64,000 nucleotides of DNA from the NCBI GenBank assembly GCA_035285865.1, contig JAYKHS010000022.1, positions 1 through 64,000 on the forward strand. Reading direction: 5' to 3'. Origin of the DNA: Candidatus Sericytochromatia bacterium. GTDB lineage: Bacteria > Cyanobacteriota > Sericytochromatia > S15B-MN24 > VGJW01. Shown one piece after another: positions 58,678-64,000 of this stretch (position 1 is its first letter; every line of letters begins with the position of its first letter). Below the pieces are notes generated by a model. That model ran no database searches and had not been told where the DNA came from. It worked only from the letters and a program-made list of their open reading frames with translations. The position numbers were made by a program, and so were the translations under genes.

Positions 58678-59903
58678 GGAGACTCCTGGGCAGCCATGGC
58701 AGCGAGGCGCGCATCGACGGTCGCCTGGGCGCGCTTGAGGGCTTCTGCGGCTGGAACGCCATGGACGACGACTTCTTGAATGGCGCGATCCATCGGTTCC
58801 CAGACGACGCCCAGTTTCGGATCGACACGCTTGGGCGTCCCGGTCGCCAATTGCCGCTGGAATACCTCGAGCGGGGAGTTCTGGCCGAGGTTCACGCCGC
58901 GGACGGCAGGGACGTGTCCGGCTGTTTCAGCAAGCATCCGCTGCATGGCGGGTTCGGCCACCATGCGCAGGAAGCGGGCCGTCGTGCTGCGTCGGCCGAT
59001 TGGCAGGTTCGCATTGACCATGAGGCATTTCACCCCTACCCAGGGCGCGGCGGGCTTGCCTGCTCCCAACCGTGGCAAGACGGACACGCCCAGATCCGGC
59101 CCGAGTTTGGCGCGGTAGTCCGCAAGCGCCCACGGACCGTTGACGATCATCGCGGCCTTGCCTGCCTTGAAGAGTGCGTCCGGCTTGCCGTATTCCTGCG
59201 TGGCGAGGACCCCGGGTGCACGCGCTGCATCCCGTATCCAGGACAGCATCCGACGGCCCGGAGCCGTGTCCAGCGCCGGTCGCCCACGCTCGTCGAGGAC
59301 CTTGCCCCCGCCGCCCAGATAGAAGGGCGCCACGAAGTAAAACGCCGTATTGAGGACGAGCCCTCGAACGTTCTGGTCGGCGAGCACGGCTGCATCCGCG
59401 AACATCCGCGCCGTCGTCGCGGGCGGACGGCTCATCAGCCGACGATTGTAGTAGAGGGCGACGGCTTCGACCGATTCCGGCCACGCGACCATCCTGTCCG
59501 GCACGCTGACGGCCTCGCGGACCGAGGGCGGGAACTGGGTCGTCTCCTGCTCCGCCATCAGGGCGGTCGTGTCCCGGTCACCGGCGATGGGCAGCAGCAG
59601 ATCCGCCTCGGTGAAAGTCGCTGCCCAGTCGTTGTCGCCAATCAGGATGTCAGGTCCCCCGTTGGCGGCAGCCGAGCGAAGGAACTTGTCCTTGAGGCGG
59701 TCGTGAGGGATCTGCAGGGACTGGACCCTGACCTCGGGCGCGCGCTCCCGGAAGGTCTGTTCCAGTTTGCGCAGTGCCTCCAGCTCTGACCCGCCCCAAC
59801 TGTGCCAGATGGTGAGCACCGAGGGATCTGCCGGGTCCTGACATGCAGAAAGGAGGATCGAAAGACATCCGATCCCGAGGAGCTTGCGGGCTGCCTTCCG
59901 CAT
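58674..59903 (-). CDS. maltose/maltodextrin-type ABC substrate-binding lipoprotein
   Basis: Lipobox LSAC; LTIWH, GPDI, ALYYN and AMIVNGPW. Confidence 0.92.
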   Translation of the reverse strand: MRKAARKLLGIGCLSILLSACQDPADPSVLTIWHSWGGSELEALRKLEQTFRERAPEVRVQSLQIPHDRLKDKFLRSAAANGGPDILIGDNDWAATFTEADLLLPIAGDRDTTALMAEQETTQFPPSVREAVSVPDRMVAWPESVEAVALYYNRRLMSRPPATTARMFADAAVLADQNVRGLVLNTAFYFVAPFYLGGGGKVLDERGRPALDTAPGRRMLSWIRDAARAPGVLATQEYGKPDALFKAGKAAMIVNGPWALADYRAKLGPDLGVSVLPRLGAGKPAAPWVGVKCLMVNANLPIGRRSTTARFLRMVAEPAMQRMLAETAGHVPAVRGVNLGQNSPLEVFQRQLATGTPKRVDPKLGVVWEPMDRAIQEVVVHGVPAAEALKRAQATVDARLAAMAAQESP

Positions 59904-59955
59904 GCGCGCCATCATAGCAAAGGCCGGTCCTCGTCGGGGGGGTTATGATGCGGGT

Positions 59956-60387
59956 ATGCCAGCCCGTGCCGTCCTGCTGCTTGCTCCCTGTCTGCTGGTC
60001 GCCTGCCAGCCGGTCGGGGCGAATCTGCAGGATCCATCCCCTGCGCCGCTCCCGCGACGGGTGATGCTGGCCGATGTGGTGGCGGGCGTCTTTGCTCCGT
60101 CGTGTTCCACCCGTTCGTGTCACGGTGCGCTCGGCGGTCAGGGCGGGCTCGTCCTCGAGGGAGAGGGTCTGCGTGCGCGTCTGGTCGAGGCCACGCCATC
60201 CACGAAAATGGCCGTGGACCTCGGGTATGGTCTTGTCGTGCCTGGGCGGCCGGATCGGAGCTGGTTGTACCTCAAGATGGCGGGACCGCCGGCCGGGGGC
60301 GGAGGAGTCATGCCACTGGGACGCGCGCCGGACGCAACACAACTGGCCCTGGTCCGGGCGTGGATCGCAGAGGGGGCGGAGCCGTGA
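59956..60387 (+). CDS. c-type cytochrome lipoprotein (CX4CH; planctomycete-cytochrome-like)
   Basis: Lipobox LVAC; CSTRSCH; VVPG.PD.S.LY; distal MP; WIAEGA. Confidence 0.8.
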   Translation: MPARAVLLLAPCLLVACQPVGANLQDPSPAPLPRRVMLADVVAGVFAPSCSTRSCHGALGGQGGLVLEGEGLRARLVEATPSTKMAVDLGYGLVVPGRPDRSWLYLKMAGPPAGGGGVMPLGRAPDATQLALVRAWIAEGAEP

Positions 60388-61391
60388 AGTTCAGCGGCGT
60401 CTTCTGGGGGATGGTCGCTGCCGCTTCGGTCGTTGCCTGCGCCGGACCGGTTGTTTCGCGATCTGGCCTCTCTCCCGAGCCTTCGGTCGCCACGAGTCCG
60501 CCCACCCCTCTGGAGCTCGAGCCTCCGCCGACCGGACAGGGTGTGCAACTGGTCATCGAGCCCTTCGAGGTTCGACGCGGGCAGGAGATCCAGCGCAACT
60601 TCTACCTCAAGCTGCCCGTGGACCGTCAGGTCGCCGTGACGCGCATCGATTTCGCGATGCGCGAGGGTTCCCATCACTGCAATCTGTTCAAGACGGACGA
60701 GGCCACGCCGGACCACTTCGAGGACACCTTCGATCAGGTACCCTTCACGCGCTACGACCTGTTCGCGGGCAACCAGACGCCTCAAAGCACGTGGCAGTTG
60801 CCCGCCGGCACGGGCATCTACCTGAGCCCCCGCCAGCAGTTGGTCATTCAGTCTCACTACGTCAACGCTTCGACCCAGACCACGCCCGAGCGGGCCGAGG
60901 TCAAAGTCAATCTCTGGTTCGCTCCCGAAGGAGCCAAGCCCGAACGGATGGGGACGCTCTTCGCCAACAATCGGCGCCTGATCATTCCGCCGCAGGCCAC
61001 GGCAAGTTTCACGCAGTGGTTCGTCTTCAGGCGGGATGTCCACGTCGCTGCGATGACCGGCCATTTTCACAGCCGGGGCAAGCGCTTTGCCGTGTCGCGC
61101 TGGGATGGTGCCAGATTGGGCGAACTGCTCTATGAAAGTCTGGCGTGGACGGAGCCACCCTTCACGACGTATTCCGATCCCGGGATTCCCGTCGCGTCCG
61201 GTTCGGGGGTCTCTTTCACGGCCGACTACGTCAACCGTTCCGATGCGACCGTGACCTTCGGGGGCAAGGTCGAGACTCAGGAGCACGCCAACCTGTTCTT
61301 GTATTTCTGGCCGGCCAACCCGGGTCGAGACGCGCTCTACACCGTCACGGACGGTGACGAGGAACAGGGCTTGCTCTCCGAGCAGGAATGA
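60384..61391 (+). CDS. copper type II (PHM/DBH-like) monooxygenase lipoprotein
   Basis: Lipobox VVAC; GSHH, QSHY, GHFH.RG and FG..ETQEH motifs in PHM order. Confidence 0.8.
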   Translation: MKFSGVFWGMVAAASVVACAGPVVSRSGLSPEPSVATSPPTPLELEPPPTGQGVQLVIEPFEVRRGQEIQRNFYLKLPVDRQVAVTRIDFAMREGSHHCNLFKTDEATPDHFEDTFDQVPFTRYDLFAGNQTPQSTWQLPAGTGIYLSPRQQLVIQSHYVNASTQTTPERAEVKVNLWFAPEGAKPERMGTLFANNRRLIIPPQATASFTQWFVFRRDVHVAAMTGHFHSRGKRFAVSRWDGARLGELLYESLAWTEPPFTTYSDPGIPVASGSGVSFTADYVNRSDATVTFGGKVETQEHANLFLYFWPANPGRDALYTVTDGDEEQGLLSEQE

Positions 61392-61467
61392 TGGACGTGG
61401 CCGGCGGGGGTATACTGCCACCAAAGGGTGGCCGAGGGGTCGCCTGGTTTCGGATGGTAAATTCCAC

Positions 61468-62553
61468 GTGCGTGCCATTTCGATAGTCTCTGCGGCGGCC
61501 GGGCAGGTGCTCGGCAAGAACATCTACACTCCGGATGGCCGCGTGCTGCTGCGTCAGGGCACCGCGCTCACCGAGCGCTACATCAAGGCGCTGCGCGACC
61601 TCAAGTTCAGCCATATCTACGTCCGCGACGATCGGCTGCCGGACCTTGAGGTGGATGACGTCATTCCCGAGGATCTGCGCCTCGAGGCCGTGCAGGCCAT
61701 CGAGGGCTGCTTCGCGGACATCCGCAAGCAGATGGACGAGACCGGAAAGGTCAACGTCAACGTGGATGCCGTGGCCGAGATGTCGAAGTCCATCGTCGAG
61801 AATCTGATGAGCCACAAGGACCTCGTGGTGCAGCTCATGGATTTGCGCAGCCTCGACAGCTACACCTTCGCGCACAGCGTCAACTGCTGTGTCCTCGGCG
61901 TCATGATGGGCCAACGCCTCGGCTTGCCTGAGCCCAAGCTCAAGGATCTGGCCACGGGCCTGGTCCTGCTCGACATCGGCAAGTCCGTGGTCCCGGCCGA
62001 GATTCTCTCCAAGCCCGGGGCCCTGACCGAGGAGGAGTTCGCCAAGGTCAAGGAGCACCCGCGGGCCGGTTTCGACGCCCTTCGCGAGGTCTTCAACGTC
62101 TCGGCCCACTCCAAGATCGTCGTGTTGCAGCACCATGAGCGCATTGACGGCTCGGGCTATCCCAAGGGGCTCAAGGGACCCGAGATCCACCTGTACGGTC
62201 AGATTGCCGCGCTTGCCGACGTCTTCGACGCGCTGACGAGCGACCGGGTCTACCGAAAGCGTCTTTTGCCCCACGAGGCCATCGATGTCCTGTTGCGTTC
62301 GGCCGACAGGCTCTTCGACCGACAGTTGGTGACGACCTTCGTGGCCAACATCGCGCCGTTCCCCAAGGGCACGCTGGTCAAGTTGTCCTCGGGTGAGCAG
62401 GCCATCGTGACGGACATTGACATGGCTGCCGCACTCCGGCCGATGGTCGCGGTGGTCAAGGACTCCGGCGGCCGCGACCTCAAGGCACCGTTCCCGCTGC
62501 TGGACCTGCGCCGGGAACGGTCCGTCGCCATCGTCAAGGTCCTGGCCGAGTAG
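61468..62553 (+). CDS. HD-GYP domain protein (HD motif reads LD)
   Basis: YTFAHSVN, LLDIGK, HHERIDGSGYP and ADVFDALTSDRVYR. Confidence 0.92.
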   Translation: MRAISIVSAAAGQVLGKNIYTPDGRVLLRQGTALTERYIKALRDLKFSHIYVRDDRLPDLEVDDVIPEDLRLEAVQAIEGCFADIRKQMDETGKVNVNVDAVAEMSKSIVENLMSHKDLVVQLMDLRSLDSYTFAHSVNCCVLGVMMGQRLGLPEPKLKDLATGLVLLDIGKSVVPAEILSKPGALTEEEFAKVKEHPRAGFDALREVFNVSAHSKIVVLQHHERIDGSGYPKGLKGPEIHLYGQIAALADVFDALTSDRVYRKRLLPHEAIDVLLRSADRLFDRQLVTTFVANIAPFPKGTLVKLSSGEQAIVTDIDMAAALRPMVAVVKDSGGRDLKAPFPLLDLRRERSVAIVKVLAE

Positions 62554-62554
62554 C

Positions 62555-63436
62555 TTGCGCTACGTCACTTTCGCCCTCTCGTTTCCCCCCGAGCGCTTGG
62601 ATGAGGTCGAGTCGGCGCTGGTCCTGGGCGGATTGGTCCACTGGTCCGTGCCGCTCGAACTGGAAGCCGACGATGAGCCGAGGCCGGATGTGCCGGCACA
62701 TCCGCACGGCCGCGTCGACGTGCATGCGCCCGAGGTCGAGGCCGACGAGCTCGCACGAAGCCTCGATGTGGCTCTGGCGGGTATCCCCGTGACCTGCACC
62801 CGGTCCGTGTCCGACGAGGAGGACTGGGCCGAGGGCTGGAAGCAGTTCTGGAAGGTCCAGCGCCTGGGTGCCCGCATCGTCGTGCGCCCGACCTGGGAGT
62901 CCTACGAGGCGCTGCCCGGGGACATCGTGCTGGATCTCGATCCGCGTCAGGCCTTCGGGACCGGCACCCACGCCACCACGCGCCTGGCGCTGGCGTTGCT
63001 CGAGGAGCATCTCCGACAGGGCGATACCGTCCACGATGTCGGATGCGGCACGGGTCTGCTGGCGCTGGCGGCCTTGAAGCTGGGCGCAGCAAGGGCTTGG
63101 GGCGTCGACAACGACGTGGTGGCCGTCGAAACGGCCCGCGAGAATCTGGTGCGCAACGGCGAGGGGGATCGGTTCACGGTCGTGCACGCCGATGTCCCGC
63201 CCGTTCGGCCGGCCGACGTGGTCGTCGCCAACATCCTCGCGGACGTTCTCATCGGCATGGCGGACGCACTCGTGGCCAACACGGGGCGGGTCCTGATCCT
63301 GTCGGGCATCATCCGGCGACGCATCCCGGACGTGCAGGCTGCCTTCGAAGCGCTAGGCCTTGTCCGATTGGATGCGCGCGTCGAGGACGACTGGGAGGCC
63401 CTCGTCATGGGGCGGCGGGAGCCTGCAGCGTCCTGA
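62555..63436 (+). CDS. prmA: ribosomal protein L11 methyltransferase
   Basis: EEDWAEGWK, LDP..AFGTGTHATT, DVGCGTG and VVANILA. Confidence 0.96.
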   Translation: MRYVTFALSFPPERLDEVESALVLGGLVHWSVPLELEADDEPRPDVPAHPHGRVDVHAPEVEADELARSLDVALAGIPVTCTRSVSDEEDWAEGWKQFWKVQRLGARIVVRPTWESYEALPGDIVLDLDPRQAFGTGTHATTRLALALLEEHLRQGDTVHDVGCGTGLLALAALKLGAARAWGVDNDVVAVETARENLVRNGEGDRFTVVHADVPPVRPADVVVANILADVLIGMADALVANTGRVLILSGIIRRRIPDVQAAFEALGLVRLDARVEDDWEALVMGRREPAAS

Positions 63437-63845
63437 CGAGGAAGGGGCCCGGCTCTCCGGTCGCCGACCAGGCTTGCATCTCGAGCGCGTATCCTGCAAG
63501 GACGGGATCCAGTACGGGAATCCCCGAGAGGGTCACGGGTCCGAAGGAGCCGTCCTGCTCGAGTGGAACGCTTGCTGATGCCGTGATGTGGCCCAGATGC
63601 GCGATCTGCCGCCCCGCAGCCGTGGCTTCGACCAGGAGGGTCACGCGTACGGCAGGAGGGCCTGCCGCTCCTGCCTCGCCCGCCACCACCACCTGTCCGT
63701 TCTTCACGGGGGCGATGCGGATCCGTTCGGGTTGCAGGACCAGACCGTCCGGAATCGGTGCGGGTGTCCCGGATGGGGCGCAGGCTGCCAGCAGGCCGGC
63801 GATCATCGTGGTGCGGGGCCGGAGCGTTCGGAAGAGGTCGGGCAT
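63405..63845 (-). CDS. hypothetical lipoprotein
   Basis: Lipobox LAAC followed by a beta-rich domain. Confidence 0.65.
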   Translation of the reverse strand: MPDLFRTLRPRTTMIAGLLAACAPSGTPAPIPDGLVLQPERIRIAPVKNGQVVVAGEAGAAGPPAVRVTLLVEATAAGRQIAHLGHITASASVPLEQDGSFGPVTLSGIPVLDPVLAGYALEMQAWSATGEPGPFLVRTLQAPAAP

Positions 63846-63869
63846 GGGCGAGCCTGATAGAATCAGACC

Positions 63870-64000
63870 ATGAGATGTCCTGCGTGCGCTTCGCCCGACA
63901 GCAGGGTCCTCGAGTCCCGGCTCGTGGATGGTGACGTGTCCTTGCGCCGCCGTCGCGAGTGCAGCACCTGCCGTCGGCGTTTCACGACCTACGAGCGGGT
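63870..64000 (+). CDS. nrdR: transcriptional repressor NrdR, N-terminal part (cut by window edge)
   Basis: [30 protein letters not shown]. Confidence 0.95.
   Translation, partial: MRCPACASPDSRVLESRLVDGDVSLRRRRECSTCRRRFTTYER

Noticed and set aside
1..64000. CRISPR arrays, tRNA/rRNA genes, prophage
   Set aside because: No regularly spaced repeats, cloverleaf/rRNA signatures or phage genes seen by eye; intergenic gaps are short

Overview
GC-rich bacterial chromosome segment from a diderm organism. The mix of a TamB-like protein, a cyanobacterial-type porin, a SphR/PhoB-like regulator, short-form EF-Ts, SpoVS and a Firmicutes-like gene order suggests (inference) a non-photosynthetic relative of Cyanobacteria such as Sericytochromatia. 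The left end is accessory and decaying: the left end of an IS256, a PD-(D/E)XK nuclease pseudogene, an MvdC/D-like ATP-grasp ligase coupled to an 82-aa acidic peptide, and a frameshifted polysaccharide deacetylase. Next is a divergent flagellar/T3SS operon (flgD-flgE-fliM-like-[membrane SpoA fusion]-fliN-fliO-fliP-fliQ-fliR). The rest is mostly housekeeping: murA, rpsB-tsf-pyrH-frr-cdsA-dxr-ispG, mutM, ispA-DUF212-tlyA-nadK, spoVS, ndk, glgP, a desaturase, radA, a sugar ABC transporter, prmA and nrdR. Interspersed are many lipoproteins and several catalytically degenerate nucleotide-signalling proteins. The best candidates for undescribed systems are (1) the multi-TM-SpoA fusion in the stator-less flagellar export operon, (2) a CX4CH cytochrome c lipoprotein coupled to a PHM-like copper monooxygenase whose CuM Met is replaced by His, and (3) the ATP-grasp/peptide pair. 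All calls come from motif recognition by eye; no database searches were run.
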